Source of the DNA: a candidate division Kazan bacterium GW2011_GWA1_50_15
Lineage (GTDB): Bacteria > Patescibacteriota > Kazan-3B-28
DNA length: 64,000 nucleotides
Assembly: GCA_001029795.1 (NCBI GenBank)
Contig: CP011216.1
Span: forward strand, 211,398 to 275,397
Reading direction: 5' to 3'
Positions within the stretch are counted from its first letter, which is position 1. The number at the start of each line of letters is the position of its first letter. This document shows, piece after piece, positions 50,753 to 63,564 of this stretch. Both the position numbers and the translations under genes were made by a program. Below the pieces are notes generated by a model. It did no database searches, was not told the origin of the DNA, and was given only the letters and a program-made list of their open reading frames with translations.

Positions 50753-51967
50753 CTATTTGATCGGAAACTTTTTTGTTAAGACCGCCACTTCCTTTTTCAC
50801 CGCCGATAGTACTGCCGAACTAGTGGGTTTGTCTACTACTTTCGCGATCATCATGGCAACCTCTTGCATCTCTCGCTCCCCCATCCCTCGGCTGGTTAGA
50901 ATAGAAGTTCCTAGCCGCATGCCCGACGGGTCGAAGGGACTGCGAAGATCGCCTGGGATCATATTCTTGTTGGTGATGATACCGACCTTCTCTAGCGCTC
51001 GCTCCGCTTTCATCCCAGTAATATTTTTGGATGTAAGGTCAACTAGAAGCATGTGGTTATCTGTGCCACCAGTGACCAGTGTGAAACCAAGTTTTTGTAA
51101 GCTAGTGGCTAGGGCCTTGGCATTAGCTACAACTTGAGCGGCGTAGCGCTTAAACTCTGGCTTGGCGGCTATCTGGAGACAGATCGCCTTGGCGGCAGTA
51201 ATGTTATCGTGCGGACCACCCTGCAGCCCGGGGAACACGGCCTTATCGATAGCTTCTGCCAGAGAGTTTTTACATAAGATAACCGCGCCCCTTGGCCCTC
51301 TTAAAGTCTTATGGGTGGTAGTAGTTACCACATCGGCATGTGGAAATGGCTGAGGGTGAACTCCGCCAGCCACTAACCCCGCGATATGCGAGATATCGGC
51401 CAGTAAGTAGGCACCAACCTTTTTAGCGATCTTCCCAAATCGCCCGAAGTCGATCTCCCGCGGATAGGCGGTGGCCCCGCAGACTATCAGTTTAGGTTTA
51501 AATATCTTAGCTTGGGTTTCGATCTCGTCATAGTTCAATAACCCTGTTTCCGGATCAACGCCGTACTGAATAAATTTATAGGCTTTCCCGCTGAAATTCA
51601 CTTTGTGCCCGTGGGTGAGGTGACCGCCATGTGGCAGACTCATCCCCATCACTGTGTCACCGAACTGCAACAGAGCGGTGTAGACCGCGATGTTGGCCGG
51701 GGAGCCGGAGTAGGGCTGGACATTGGCGTGCTCGGCGCCAAACAGTTTCTTAGCGGCGGCCTGAGCCATCACCTCGATCTGGTCGATGATCTCGTTCCCG
51801 CCGTAGTAGCGTTTGCCCGGGTAGCCCTCAGAGTATTTATTCATCAAAACCGACCCAGTCGTCTCGCGAATCTCTTTAGGGGCGATATTCTCCGAAGCGA
51901 TCAGAGACAGAGTGTTCTGCTGACGTTTGGCCTCATCTTTGATGAGCTGGGATATACTTTTTGCCAC
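50753..51967 (-). CDS. glyA: Serine hydroxymethyltransferase
   Basis: LIASENIAPKEIRE, the PLP-Lys region TTTTHKTLRGPRG. 404 aa. Confidence 0.9.
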   Translation of the reverse strand: MAKSISQLIKDEAKRQQNTLSLIASENIAPKEIRETTGSVLMNKYSEGYPGKRYYGGNEIIDQIEVMAQAAAKKLFGAEHANVQPYSGSPANIAVYTALLQFGDTVMGMSLPHGGHLTHGHKVNFSGKAYKFIQYGVDPETGLLNYDEIETQAKIFKPKLIVCGATAYPREIDFGRFGKIAKKVGAYLLADISHIAGLVAGGVHPQPFPHADVVTTTTHKTLRGPRGAVILCKNSLAEAIDKAVFPGLQGGPHDNITAAKAICLQIAAKPEFKRYAAQVVANAKALATSLQKLGFTLVTGGTDNHMLLVDLTSKNITGMKAERALEKVGIITNKNMIPGDLRSPFDPSGMRLGTSILTSRGMGEREMQEVAMMIAKVVDKPTSSAVLSAVKKEVAVLTKKFPIK

Positions 51968-52046
51968 TCCCTTATTCTACCTGATTGGGGTTTGCAGGGG
52001 AACCAGGAAAAAGATATACTGGGTCTGTTGTTTTAAGCTCCCAGGG

Positions 52047-53324
52047 ATGAAAAAATACGCTTTTCTACTGGGATCTCACCCGTTGATCAGTTTTCTTGAG
52101 ATCCTAAATATTTTAACTGTGGAGAAAGTCCCCCACGGCTCGATCGAGCGGATGGGTGAGATTTTAATCATTCAGCTTAAGCTGACAGCCGCCAAGCTGA
52201 ATAAGCTACAAGATATTTTGGGCGGGACCATCAAGATTATCGAAATCGTTGATGACTATCGGGGGACCATCTTCCAACTGGACAAGATTCTGACCCGGGA
52301 GAATTTGCTAAACAACTACTTCGCCCAACACAGCAGCAAAATTAATTTTGGCATCTCGGTCTACACCACCAAGTCGTTAGTTTACGCTGAGATCAACTGG
52401 CTCCGGAATTTTGCCTACCAATTGAAGCGTCGATTCAAAGACCAGTACAGTATCCGCTACGTCGATGAAAAGAACTTTGAACTGAGTTCTGTGATGGTGG
52501 CCAACAATAAGCTAGTTGAGACTGGCGCCGAAATCGTCATCATTAAACAAGAAAAGAGTTTTTTGGTCGGGCGCACCCGTACGGTGCAGGACTTTCGCAG
52601 TTACGCCCAGCGGGATATGGAGAAGCCCAGCCCGAACCCCAAATCCGGGATGCTGCCGCCCAAACTGGCTCAGATGCTTTTGAACCTGTCGCGCGACACC
52701 GGCCAGACCCAAGTGTTCGACCCCTTCTGCGGCAGTGGGGTGCTATTACAGGAAGCCCTCCTCCTAGACCTGGACGTGCTGGGGGCGGATATCGACGAGG
52801 AGGCGGTCAAAGACACGATTGAGAATCTAGAGTGGTTAATAAAGACTTACAACGCCGCCGCGCCAAAATTAGGCCAAGATAAAATAAAAAAAATCTCTGT
52901 TGCTGGACGAGTGCGAGTGGCAGACGCCACCCGCTCACGCTGGGAGAAAGCCAACCAAGCCAATACCTTTATAGCTACTGAACCATACCTCGGACCGCCG
53001 CAGCGCGGACCCGTCTTGATCCATCACGCTAGGGAAATCTCCGCCGAACTGGAAAAATTGTATTTGGGATTTTTTACCAACCTAAAAAAGAACTTCAGTA
53101 AGGTTCGGCGGGTAGGGATTGTTTTTCCGGTGATTAAAACCAACGAGGGACTACTGTATTTGAATATTCTGGAAGATATCGAAAAACTAGGTTATATCCG
53201 CCGCCCGTTTCTGCCGGCCGAGGAGGCCAAAAAAGAGGCGCTGGCCAGCCATCGCGGCAGCCTACTGTACTCCCGCCCAGATGCCTTTGTTCTGCGAGAA
53301 ATATTTGTATTCGAGAAAAAATGA
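52047..53324 (+). CDS. Putative SAM-dependent RNA methyltransferase (UPF0020/Trm14/RlmKL-like, N-terminal THUMP-like region)
   Basis: Methyltransferase motif I VFDPFCGSGVLL and motif IV-like region. Start moved to the internal ATG at 52047 (MKKYAFLLG), which has a GGGA RBS, because the longer ORF overlaps glyA. Confidence 0.5.
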   Translation: MKKYAFLLGSHPLISFLEILNILTVEKVPHGSIERMGEILIIQLKLTAAKLNKLQDILGGTIKIIEIVDDYRGTIFQLDKILTRENLLNNYFAQHSSKINFGISVYTTKSLVYAEINWLRNFAYQLKRRFKDQYSIRYVDEKNFELSSVMVANNKLVETGAEIVIIKQEKSFLVGRTRTVQDFRSYAQRDMEKPSPNPKSGMLPPKLAQMLLNLSRDTGQTQVFDPFCGSGVLLQEALLLDLDVLGADIDEEAVKDTIENLEWLIKTYNAAAPKLGQDKIKKISVAGRVRVADATRSRWEKANQANTFIATEPYLGPPQRGPVLIHHAREISAELEKLYLGFFTNLKKNFSKVRRVGIVFPVIKTNEGLLYLNILEDIEKLGYIRRPFLPAEEAKKEALASHRGSLLYSRPDAFVLREIFVFEKK

Positions 53325-53367
53325 TTCCCGCATCTGTGTTGTAACTTAAAAATTTGGGAGGTGGTGG

Positions 53368-53760
53368 TTGATGAAAACGCATTGGTTCACAATCGAAACC
53401 GGATACTCGGTTCTCCCTTGTCGTCTTAGGAGTGGTGGTACTTCTGATGTACGGCTGTTATTTTGGACACCTTTTCCTAACGCTCAAGGAAGGGATCTGT
53501 CCGGTAGTAGTGACCGCGGAACTGTTCTGCTGATGGAAATCGCTTTCTTGGCGTTGATAACGGCCCTTGAGATACAGACGGTCTGGCTATCGGCGCCTGA
53601 GTGGCGGGGTTTACCTTACCCCGCTTGGGCGGGCGAGCTGGGACTACTACTGTTAGGTATATATTGCTTGCTTTACACTGGCAGTCAATCTTTACGGCAG
53701 AGAGATATGGTCCAAAAACTCGGCCCAAAGCCAGAGTCGGCGGGAGGTGATGCGGAGTGA
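53368..53760 (+). CDS. Hypothetical membrane protein (130 aa)
   Basis: ORF with a GGGAGG RBS and hydrophobic helices. Confidence 0.35.
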   Translation: MMKTHWFTIETGYSVLPCRLRSGGTSDVRLLFWTPFPNAQGRDLSGSSDRGTVLLMEIAFLALITALEIQTVWLSAPEWRGLPYPAWAGELGLLLLGIYCLLYTGSQSLRQRDMVQKLGPKPESAGGDAE

Positions 53761-54041
53761 GCGCGCCCAGTAACAAAGAAACTCCCGTCGAGAGGATGGA
53801 GCGGTTAGCAGGGGTACTCCGATCTCTGTATGCCCTATGCGCCACTTGGCGTAAATGGGTATTTTGGGGGATGCTGTTCGGGTTCGCTGACATAGCGCTC
53901 GTTGTCGCTTACCACTATCCGCCTGGAGACATTCTCCTACGGATTCGCCTAGTAAGCCCCGTCGTCCTGACCTTTTTACTCCTTTCAGGGGGTATGTACA
54001 TGGTTAAGCGCACCTTAGGTGACAAATTTGCCCCCGGTTAA
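53757..54041 (+). CDS. Hypothetical membrane protein (94 aa); GTG start overlaps the upstream stop (GTGA)
   Basis: Two TM helices. Followed by a terminator. Confidence 0.35.
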   Translation: MSAPSNKETPVERMERLAGVLRSLYALCATWRKWVFWGMLFGFADIALVVAYHYPPGDILLRIRLVSPVVLTFLLLSGGMYMVKRTLGDKFAPG

Positions 54042-54058
54042 TCCGGGGGCTTTTTCTT
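54031..54058 (+). terminator. Rho-independent terminator
   Basis: CCCCCGGttaatCCGGGGG + CTTTTTCTT. Confidence 0.6.
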
Positions 54059-54199
54059 GTCCGCTTGACCTGGGGAGCCGAATACGCTAATCTGGTCGGG
54101 TACTAAGTCGGTATCTGGGGGGCTAGCATCTAGTAGCTAGATGATCCCACCCCCGCCTCCCTATAGATACTGCATACTAGATACTAATTTGTCTTTTTT

Positions 54200-54472
54200 A
54201 TGGCTCATGTAAAAGCCGCCGGAACCAGTAAAAACCTCAAGGACTCCAAGCCAAAGATGCTTGGGGTTAAGATCTACGGTAACCAATTCGCTAAGACCGG
54301 CGATATTATCATTCGCCAGCGCGGTCAGAAGTACCGCTCGGGCGACAATACCCAGATGGGGAAAGACCACACTATCTTTGCCATGAAGCCAGGTAAGGTA
54401 AACTTCCAAGTTAGGCGAGTCAACAAAGACGGTATCCGCACGGCGACGGCAACCTTCGTTAGCGTTACCTAA
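54200..54472 (+). CDS. rpmA: 50S ribosomal protein L27
   Basis: MAHVKAAGTSKNLKDS...LGVK...IIIRQRG...DHTIFA pattern of bL27. 90 aa. No rplU upstream in this window. Confidence 0.85.
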   Translation: MAHVKAAGTSKNLKDSKPKMLGVKIYGNQFAKTGDIIIRQRGQKYRSGDNTQMGKDHTIFAMKPGKVNFQVRRVNKDGIRTATATFVSVT

Positions 54473-54478
54473 TCGCCG

Positions 54479-54557
54479 CTCGTCATGCTGAATTAATTTC
54501 AGCATCTCAGATGAGATCCTGATCCGCCAACTGGCGGAAAGTTCAGGATGACTGATT
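54479..54557. repeat. Palindromic repeat element downstream of rpmA (GTCATGCTGAAATTAATTTCAGCATC ... GATCCTGATCCGCCAACTGGCGGAAAGTTCAGGATGAC)
   Basis: The reverse complement begins GTCATCCTGAACTT, matching 22036..22061. The inner core CCGCCAACTGGCGG also recurs at 13916..13931 (CCGCCAGCTGGCGG). Confidence 0.5.
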
Positions 54558-56217
54558 AAACAGTAATTGTTTGGACTCCGCGGTCTAGGCCCTGCAAGAG
54601 GGAACTTTCGCGAATCACTGCCCCGATAAATTCACGAAAGAGGGGATGGGGCCGATTGGGTCGGGATTTGAACTCAGGATGGAACTGAACCCCCACGAAC
54701 CATGGGTGGTCTTTTAGTTCGATGATTTCGATCAATTCATTGCTCGGTGAGATACCGGACAGAATCATACCCTGTTTTTCAACATCCTTACGATATTGGT
54801 TGTTAAACTCAAACCGGTGGCGGTGACGTTCGGAGATGGGACTATGTTTATAGGCGTCATAGGCCCGGCTGCCTTTTTTTAGTTCGGCCGGATAAGCGCC
54901 TAGCCGCATAGTGCCACCTTTGTTGATGATAGTTTTTTGGTACTCCATAATATGGATAATCGGATGTTTAGTCTCTTCATTAAACTCGGTACTGTTGGCA
55001 TCGTCCCAACCCAGGACATTGCGGGCGAATTCAACGACGGCGATCTGTATACCCAAACATAGACCCAAGTAGGGAATTTGATTCTCGCGGCAGTACTGGG
55101 CGGCCCTGATCTTGCCTTCGATGCCGCGGATGCCAAAGCCGCCGGGTACAACATAGCCGTCACACCCGCGCATGGCCTCACTCACATTGGTGTTGGGACT
55201 GCCCAACTCTTCGGCGTCGATCCAGCGGAGCTTCACATCTACATTGTGATACCAGCCGGCGGCGCGCAGGGCCTCGAACACGCAGATGTAGGTATCTTCC
55301 ATCGTAGTGTACTTGGCGACGATGCCGATATTCAGCTGACGTTTGTCGGATTTAATTTTGCCGACTAGTTCTTTCCATTCTGCCAAGTTAGGGGACTGGG
55401 GCGTCAAATTTAGTCGGCTCTCGATAACCTCGCCTAGGCCGTAGTTTTCGAGTGTCAACGGCACTTCATAGACAGTATCAGCGGTCTCCAGCGGTACGAT
55501 GTTCTTAATGGGCAAGTTTCCGGCCCGAGCGATCTTGTCTAACGCAGCTCGCGAGATGGGGTGGTCCGAGCGGCAGAAGACAGCGTCCGGGGCGATGCCG
55601 AGGCCCTGCAGATCGCGAATACTGTATTGGGCGGGACGGGTTTTGACCTCCTTGGTCACACCCAAATACGGTAAGAAGACGGTGTGGCAATACATCACAT
55701 TATCTTGTCCCAGTTCGTTGCGCATTTGACGAATAGCCTCCAAATAATGGAATCCTTCGTAGTCCCCTACCGTTCCGCCAACTTCGACAACAGCGATGTC
55801 CGCACCAACCTTAGAGGCACCTGTTAGAATTAGGCTCTTAACTTCATCAGTGAGGTGGGGGATAACCTGGACAGTCTTGCCTAGAAAATCTCCCCTCCTC
55901 TCCTTGTTAATCACATCGCTGTATACCCGGCCAGTCATGATCGATGAATCTTGGGTAAGGTTCTCATCGATGAATCGTTCGTAGTGTCCAAGGTCTAGAT
56001 CAGTCTCGGCGCCATCATCCGTTACGAACACCTCGCCATGTTCGCCGGGATTTAAAGTCCCCGCATCATAGTTGATGTACTGGTCTAGCTTCTGCATAAA
56101 TATCTTGTAGCCCCGGGCCTTCAAGATGTTGCCGATAGAAGCGGCGGCTATCCCCTTGCCCAGCCCCGAAAGGACCCCGCCCGTCACAAAGATGAATTTG
56201 ATAGTTTTGTTCATCAC
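54556..56217 (-). CDS. pyrG: CTP synthase
   Basis: N-terminus KFIFVTGGVLSGLGKG, glutaminase domain GLCLGIQ with catalytic Cys. 553 aa. Confidence 0.9.
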   Translation of the reverse strand: MMNKTIKFIFVTGGVLSGLGKGIAAASIGNILKARGYKIFMQKLDQYINYDAGTLNPGEHGEVFVTDDGAETDLDLGHYERFIDENLTQDSSIMTGRVYSDVINKERRGDFLGKTVQVIPHLTDEVKSLILTGASKVGADIAVVEVGGTVGDYEGFHYLEAIRQMRNELGQDNVMYCHTVFLPYLGVTKEVKTRPAQYSIRDLQGLGIAPDAVFCRSDHPISRAALDKIARAGNLPIKNIVPLETADTVYEVPLTLENYGLGEVIESRLNLTPQSPNLAEWKELVGKIKSDKRQLNIGIVAKYTTMEDTYICVFEALRAAGWYHNVDVKLRWIDAEELGSPNTNVSEAMRGCDGYVVPGGFGIRGIEGKIRAAQYCRENQIPYLGLCLGIQIAVVEFARNVLGWDDANSTEFNEETKHPIIHIMEYQKTIINKGGTMRLGAYPAELKKGSRAYDAYKHSPISERHRHRFEFNNQYRKDVEKQGMILSGISPSNELIEIIELKDHPWFVGVQFHPEFKSRPNRPHPLFREFIGAVIRESSLLQGLDRGVQTITV

Positions 56218-57362
56218 TTATAAATACGTTCAATATGTGCCGGTAATCGGGCGACAACCTCGTAGTTAATGGTTCCGGCCCAATCAGCCACGTCGGTAGC
56301 AGTGATCTCTTTGGTGTGACTGCGACCGATCAAGACCACCTCGTCCCCCACCTTAGCGCGTGGGCGACGGCTAACATCTAAAATTGTCATATTCATACAC
56401 ACCCGGCCGACAATGGGAACTACCGCGCCTTTAAGCAGGGCAAAGCCCATGTTACTTAGACTTCTGGGTAATCCTTCGGCGTAACCGACAGGGATAACAC
56501 CGATGGTCATGGCTTGTGGCGCTTGGAAAGCGTTGCCGTAGCCGATGTATGCGCCAGCTTTGACTCGTCTAACATGAACCAGACGGGTCTTATAAACCAA
56601 GGCTGGCCGCAACTTAAAGCCGCGTGTTTTCTTGCTCCTCTTACACCAAAGTTCCACCCCCCTGCTCGGCCAAAGGCCGTACATTTCTATTCCTATCCTA
56701 ACACAGTTGAATCGACTCTCTGGGAGCATAACAGCGGCGGCTGAAGCGGCTAGCGATACTAATGGGACCTTGATCTTCAGGTCGGCCAATTTGGCCAAGG
56801 CTCGTTCAAATATGCGGATCTGATCGTTGGTGTAGCTTTGGTTGAGCTCCTCAACGCTAGCCAGATGTGAGTAAACTCCCTCAAATTCGAAGTAGCGGGG
56901 CCGAGCTGTAATAGTCTTTGCGACCTTAACAAACTCATCTACCGTGGCAAAACCTAGACGGTTGATACCGGTGTCTAGCTTTAAATGCACAATGACCTTC
57001 TTGTTCAGAATTGATACCGCACGACTGAGGGTACGATATGACTCGGCATTGTAGATCGTCACGGCGACTTTGTTTTTAATCAGGGCAGGCAAGTCATCTT
57101 TACTGACCGCGCCCAAGATGACGATGGGGTGCAGTACCCCTCGTCGCCTAAGTTCCAATGCCTCCGTAGCTGACACCACTCCTAAATGGCTGGCCCCGGA
57201 CCGCAGGGCCTGACGAGCCACCTCAAACAGCCCGTGCCCGTAAGCATTGGATTTCACTACCGCGATTATTTTGGTGCCGGGTTTGAATAGTCCTTTAATC
57301 TGCTTGATATTGTGATCAATTGCTTTCAGGTCAATTGTCAGCGCATATAGCGGACTACTCAT
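56214..57362 (-). CDS. alr: Alanine racemase
   Basis: PLP-Lys motif AVVKSNAYGHG. 382 aa. Confidence 0.85.
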   Translation of the reverse strand: MSSPLYALTIDLKAIDHNIKQIKGLFKPGTKIIAVVKSNAYGHGLFEVARQALRSGASHLGVVSATEALELRRRGVLHPIVILGAVSKDDLPALIKNKVAVTIYNAESYRTLSRAVSILNKKVIVHLKLDTGINRLGFATVDEFVKVAKTITARPRYFEFEGVYSHLASVEELNQSYTNDQIRIFERALAKLADLKIKVPLVSLAASAAAVMLPESRFNCVRIGIEMYGLWPSRGVELWCKRSKKTRGFKLRPALVYKTRLVHVRRVKAGAYIGYGNAFQAPQAMTIGVIPVGYAEGLPRSLSNMGFALLKGAVVPIVGRVCMNMTILDVSRRPRAKVGDEVVLIGRSHTKEITATDVADWAGTINYEVVARLPAHIERIYK

Positions 57363-57676
57363 ACAACTACAACTTTATTCAAAGGCAAAGTCGACACCCT
57401 TGTCGTTGTATGTCCCACCCCTGAAACATACCTTTATATAGTACTACAAAATTCCCTCTTGAAGGTGGGGACGGGAGTGGGTAGCTAAGCTCTTAATATG
57501 GAGGGGAGCAGCGAACCTGTTCCGTTCTCTCTTAAGGGTGGAGTGGGGAGCAGACGGCTAGCCCAAGATGACAAGCGAGGGTTGGCTTTTGCCAACCGCC
57601 GATGAGGGGAGAACACACCCTCGTTCTCCACTCATGGTTGTTAGGGGGGAACCCACTGGTGCCCCCTCGAGTTATT

Positions 57677-59731
<2,055 letters not shown>

Positions 59732-59818
59732 TCAATAAGTAGAGCCGCGGACGTGAGATATTGGACCGCTTTTCACCTGCTTCATTATAGCCAAAATCTT
59801 CCTCCTTAACAAGAGATT

Positions 59819-62077
59819 CTATTCGTCACGCAAGCGAGCTTTATGCCGCTCTAGGAGCATGTTTTTTATCACTTCGTTCACCTTGTCCCGATCCTCTTTT
59901 GTGAGGGTCCGAACATTAGAGCGAAGTTGGACATGGAAAGCCGCGCTCCGGCCCCGATCGGGCGAGCGGAAGATGTCAAAAAGTTCAACTGCGTCCACCA
60001 ACGGATCAGCGGCCCAAATATCTTTGATCAAGTCAGCGATCCGGACCCGGTCGGGAATGAAAAACGCCATATCCATTTTTACAACTGGGTATTTGGGTAG
60101 CGGCCGGTACTCCCGCGTCCATCGCACTTGCGGTGCAATGGCGCTCAAATCCAGAGCAAAAGTGGCCTCGCTCCCCCACCGCCTCAACTCGCCGACCATC
60201 TCCTGACCCCGCACCAACCTAAGACCGTCAACTCCAGCGACCTCGCGCCAATCCGTTCCAGTGAGACCCAGTTCGCCCAGTAGTGTATCGGCAATGCCTC
60301 GGGCCACGCGATAGGCGTCCGGCTCACTGATGCGCAGCACTAGCTGCTGACGCTCCTCCGGGAAGACGGTTTTGGCTTTAGCGAATACTGTACCAACTTC
60401 AAAAATACGAAAATCAGACCGACCGGCTTCTAGCTGCCGCAGACCTTCAGTGAGGTCAGTTTTGAGGTGAGTGGCGACGCTGCTAAGCGGATTATCCAGC
60501 TCGACTGCGCTCTCGCCACCAACGTCAAAGGGGTGAAGATAAACCTCGAACAGACCAAGGCGGGCCAGGGTCTCTCTGACGCGAGTCAACACTCGGCGCA
60601 GGTCGGGTTGGGTCGGCAGGGCCAGCGGCAAAGCCGGCATGACTAGCGGGACCTGGTCGGTGCCGTAAATTCTTAAGATCTCTTCAGCAATGTCGGCCAT
60701 CCCGTCAATATCGGAGCGGTCGTGGGGAACGGCGATGGACAGTCTGTCACCATTAACTGTGGTCGAAAGGTCCAGGCGATTTAAAATATCTGCCATTTCA
60801 CCGGTGGGAATAATGATACCCAGCAGGCGATTGATCGCCTCGGCGCTAACTTCTAATAAGCGACTGGCAGGCGGGAGCTTCTGATGCACATCGATAGTAT
60901 CTTTGCCGACTTGAGAATCGGGGCAAAGTTGTTGAATTAACTTAATTACCCGGCGCAGAGCGAGTTCTGGTAGAAAAACATCCAGTCCTCGCTCAAACCG
61001 GTTGCTAGCATCGGTGCGAAGACCCAGTCGGCGGGAAGTGTTGCGAATAGATACAAAGTCAAAGTTAGCCACCTCGACGGCGACAGCGGTGGTGCTCTCC
61101 CCCACCCCGCTAGTTTCTCCGCCAATCACGCCGGCAATCGCGAGCGGACCAGACGAGTCGGCGATAACCAAGGTTTGGACGTCAAGCGGACGAGTGACCC
61201 CGTCCAAGCATGCAAGAGTCTCCCCTACTTTGGCGGAACGAACGATGATAGACCGATCTTTTACTTTATTTAGATCAAACGCATGGATGGGCTGACCGGT
61301 CTCCAACATGACATAGTTAGCTGCATCGACAATGTTATTGATTGGTCGCAGACCAACTGCGGTCAGCGTTTGCTGGAGCCACTCAGGTGAAGGCCCAACT
61401 TGGATATTTTGGATAATGCGAGCCATATAGCGTGGGCAAGCAACAGGATCTTTGACCTCCACCCGCAGTTCCGCTTCGGTAGCCGATGCGCCCCTAACTC
61501 CAGCGATAGCCGGCGGCTGCCAGTCCTGCCGCAATACTGCAGCGATCTCCCGAGCCAGCGATCGGTAGCTAATGTAGTCTGGCCGATTAGCCAAAATCTT
61601 GAGATCCAAGATGCTGTCGCCGTCATCGCCGAGTAGCTCACTTAAGGATGTCCCGGGCTGACGCTTTGTATCCAACAACCTAATACCTGAGGCATCGCCA
61701 GTTAAGCCTAGCTCGGCGCTACTGCATAGCATCCCATCTGAGGGTTCGCCGCGGATAACGGCCTCACGAATGATCGTACCGTCAGGTAACTTTGCTCCCA
61801 CTAGGGCCACCGGCACATGCTGGCCTACCGCAATATTGTGAGCCCCGCAGACGATACCCAAGACCCGCCCGCCAACATCAACTTGGGTTAAGGAAAGTTT
61901 GTCGGCATTAGGATGGGGTTTGATCGCTAGGATCTCTCCCACTACAAAGTTGGCCCACTTGCCGTGCGTCTCAACTGATTCGACCTCAGTAATATGCAGA
62001 TAGATCAAATCACTCAGCTCCTGCGGGGAAAGCTTGAAGTTCAGCCAAGACTTTAAAAGTTGGTAAGAAAACTTCAT
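59819..62077 (-). CDS. pheT: Phenylalanyl-tRNA synthetase beta subunit
   Basis: N-terminal tRNA-binding OB (MKFSYQLLKSWL...), B3/B4 and FDX-ACB-like C-terminus. 752 aa. Confidence 0.9.
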   Translation of the reverse strand: MKFSYQLLKSWLNFKLSPQELSDLIYLHITEVESVETHGKWANFVVGEILAIKPHPNADKLSLTQVDVGGRVLGIVCGAHNIAVGQHVPVALVGAKLPDGTIIREAVIRGEPSDGMLCSSAELGLTGDASGIRLLDTKRQPGTSLSELLGDDGDSILDLKILANRPDYISYRSLAREIAAVLRQDWQPPAIAGVRGASATEAELRVEVKDPVACPRYMARIIQNIQVGPSPEWLQQTLTAVGLRPINNIVDAANYVMLETGQPIHAFDLNKVKDRSIIVRSAKVGETLACLDGVTRPLDVQTLVIADSSGPLAIAGVIGGETSGVGESTTAVAVEVANFDFVSIRNTSRRLGLRTDASNRFERGLDVFLPELALRRVIKLIQQLCPDSQVGKDTIDVHQKLPPASRLLEVSAEAINRLLGIIIPTGEMADILNRLDLSTTVNGDRLSIAVPHDRSDIDGMADIAEEILRIYGTDQVPLVMPALPLALPTQPDLRRVLTRVRETLARLGLFEVYLHPFDVGGESAVELDNPLSSVATHLKTDLTEGLRQLEAGRSDFRIFEVGTVFAKAKTVFPEERQQLVLRISEPDAYRVARGIADTLLGELGLTGTDWREVAGVDGLRLVRGQEMVGELRRWGSEATFALDLSAIAPQVRWTREYRPLPKYPVVKMDMAFFIPDRVRIADLIKDIWAADPLVDAVELFDIFRSPDRGRSAAFHVQLRSNVRTLTKEDRDKVNEVIKNMLLERHKARLRDE

Positions 62078-62104
62078 TCTTGTGTCGTTCCTATATTCTC
62101 TTTT

Positions 62105-62130
62105 GTCATTCCCGCGGAGGCCGGAATGAC
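62105..62130. repeat. 26-bp palindromic repeat unit GTCATTCCCGCGGAGGCCGGAATGAC between pheT and pheS
   Basis: Inverted ends GTCATTCC/GGAATGAC. Homologous to 22079..22104 (CGTCATTCCAGCGGAGGTGGGAATCC). Confidence 0.55.
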
Positions 62131-62134
62131 GATT

Positions 62135-63115
62135 TTAGAACTCCTCTAAGAAATCCAACTTGCCGGAGAGGAATAAGCGGATATCATCGATGCCGTATTT
62201 CAGCATGGCGATGCGGTCCAGCCCCAGCCCAAAGGCGAAGCCAGAAAATTCATTGGCATCGATGCCGCCGTTGGCGAGGACGGTCGGATGGACCATGCCG
62301 CAGCCCATCAGCTCTAGCCAATGACCCTTAAACCAAACGTCTACTTCAAAACTTGGTTCAGTAAACGGGAAAAAGCTAGGGCGCAGACGAGACTTCACAC
62401 CTTCCCCCAGCAAACCCTTCACCATCAGATCGATGACGGCCTTCAGGTGCGCCACAGTAATACCCCGATCAATAAGCAGGCCCTCCAGTTGATAGAAGAC
62501 CGCACTGTGCGTGGCATTCTCGGCTTCATAACGGAAGGTGCGTCCCGGAGCGATGATGCGAATGGGCGGGCGGTGGTCCTGCATATATCGGATCTGTACC
62601 GGCGAGGTGTGGGTACGTAGCAAAGCCCGTTCTTTGGCGCCCTTGTCTGGTTTTATCCAGAAGGTATCCCAAGCGTCTCTAGCTGGATGGTTGGCTGGGA
62701 TGTTCAACAAATTAAAGTTGTAGTCCTCAGTTTCGACCTCGGGCCCCTCAGCCACCGAGAAACCCAAGCCCTGGAAAAGTTCGATTAACTGATCGGTTGT
62801 TTGGGTTAACGGATGTAGTCGGCCGAGGCGTTGGGTCAACCCCGGGATAGTAGGGTCAAAAAGATCGTCGGCTGGTTTAGCTTGCCGGCTCACAAGCTCC
62901 TCTAGACGCCGAGTGAGTTCGGCCTTGATATGGTTCCCCAGTTCTCCTACCGCGGCCCGCTCAGCCGAAGGCAGTTTGGGAATATCGCCCAGCAGCTGAT
63001 TCAGTTCGGACTTGCGGCCCAGGTATTTCGTACGCAAAGTCTCGCCATCGGCCGGAGACGCGGCGGCGATCTCGGCTTGAGCGGTCAGCCAAAGTTGTTT
63101 TAGTTTGTCTTCCAT
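62135..63115 (-). CDS. pheS: Phenylalanyl-tRNA synthetase alpha subunit
   Basis: Class II motifs (FRYEAENATHSAVFYQLEGL; GFAFGLGLDRIAML). 326 aa. Confidence 0.9.
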   Translation of the reverse strand: MEDKLKQLWLTAQAEIAAASPADGETLRTKYLGRKSELNQLLGDIPKLPSAERAAVGELGNHIKAELTRRLEELVSRQAKPADDLFDPTIPGLTQRLGRLHPLTQTTDQLIELFQGLGFSVAEGPEVETEDYNFNLLNIPANHPARDAWDTFWIKPDKGAKERALLRTHTSPVQIRYMQDHRPPIRIIAPGRTFRYEAENATHSAVFYQLEGLLIDRGITVAHLKAVIDLMVKGLLGEGVKSRLRPSFFPFTEPSFEVDVWFKGHWLELMGCGMVHPTVLANGGIDANEFSGFAFGLGLDRIAMLKYGIDDIRLFLSGKLDFLEEF

Positions 63116-63132
63116 TATTCAGATCCCTGCAC

Positions 63133-63564
63133 CTACTCCACTTTAACCCGAAAATAGACCTCCAGAACCACGGCGGCCAGGGCTGCTAATCCGATGTTCC
63201 ACCAGCTCAACATGTGATAGACCTGCAAGATCAGGCCTCCGATGCCGACCAGCCCCAGTAGAGTCCCCTCGCGAAGAGCTATCCAAAACCTATCGGTTCG
63301 ATCGGCCACGTAAAAGTATAGACCATAGAACAGCATGGTGAGCAGGCCGATCGCCGCCACCCCTAGACTAACCAGAAACAAGACCAGGCCGATTGGTCCA
63401 GCGGTTCCCGGGTCAAAATAGACCAGCACCATCCCCCACGCACCTGCGGCGAGTATAGTAGTAACAGCGACCCCTACCAAATAACTAGTAACTGGCATAG
63501 TTCCAGTATAGCCAAAACCAGATACAAAAACATCCGTCATCTGACGGATGGCACAGATATCCAA
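63133..63564 (-). CDS. Hypothetical membrane protein (143 aa, four helices)
   Basis: Hydrophobicity only. Confidence 0.4.
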   Translation of the reverse strand: MDICAIRQMTDVFVSGFGYTGTMPVTSYLVGVAVTTILAAGAWGMVLVYFDPGTAGPIGLVLFLVSLGVAAIGLLTMLFYGLYFYVADRTDRFWIALREGTLLGLVGIGGLILQVYHMLSWWNIGLAALAAVVLEVYFRVKVE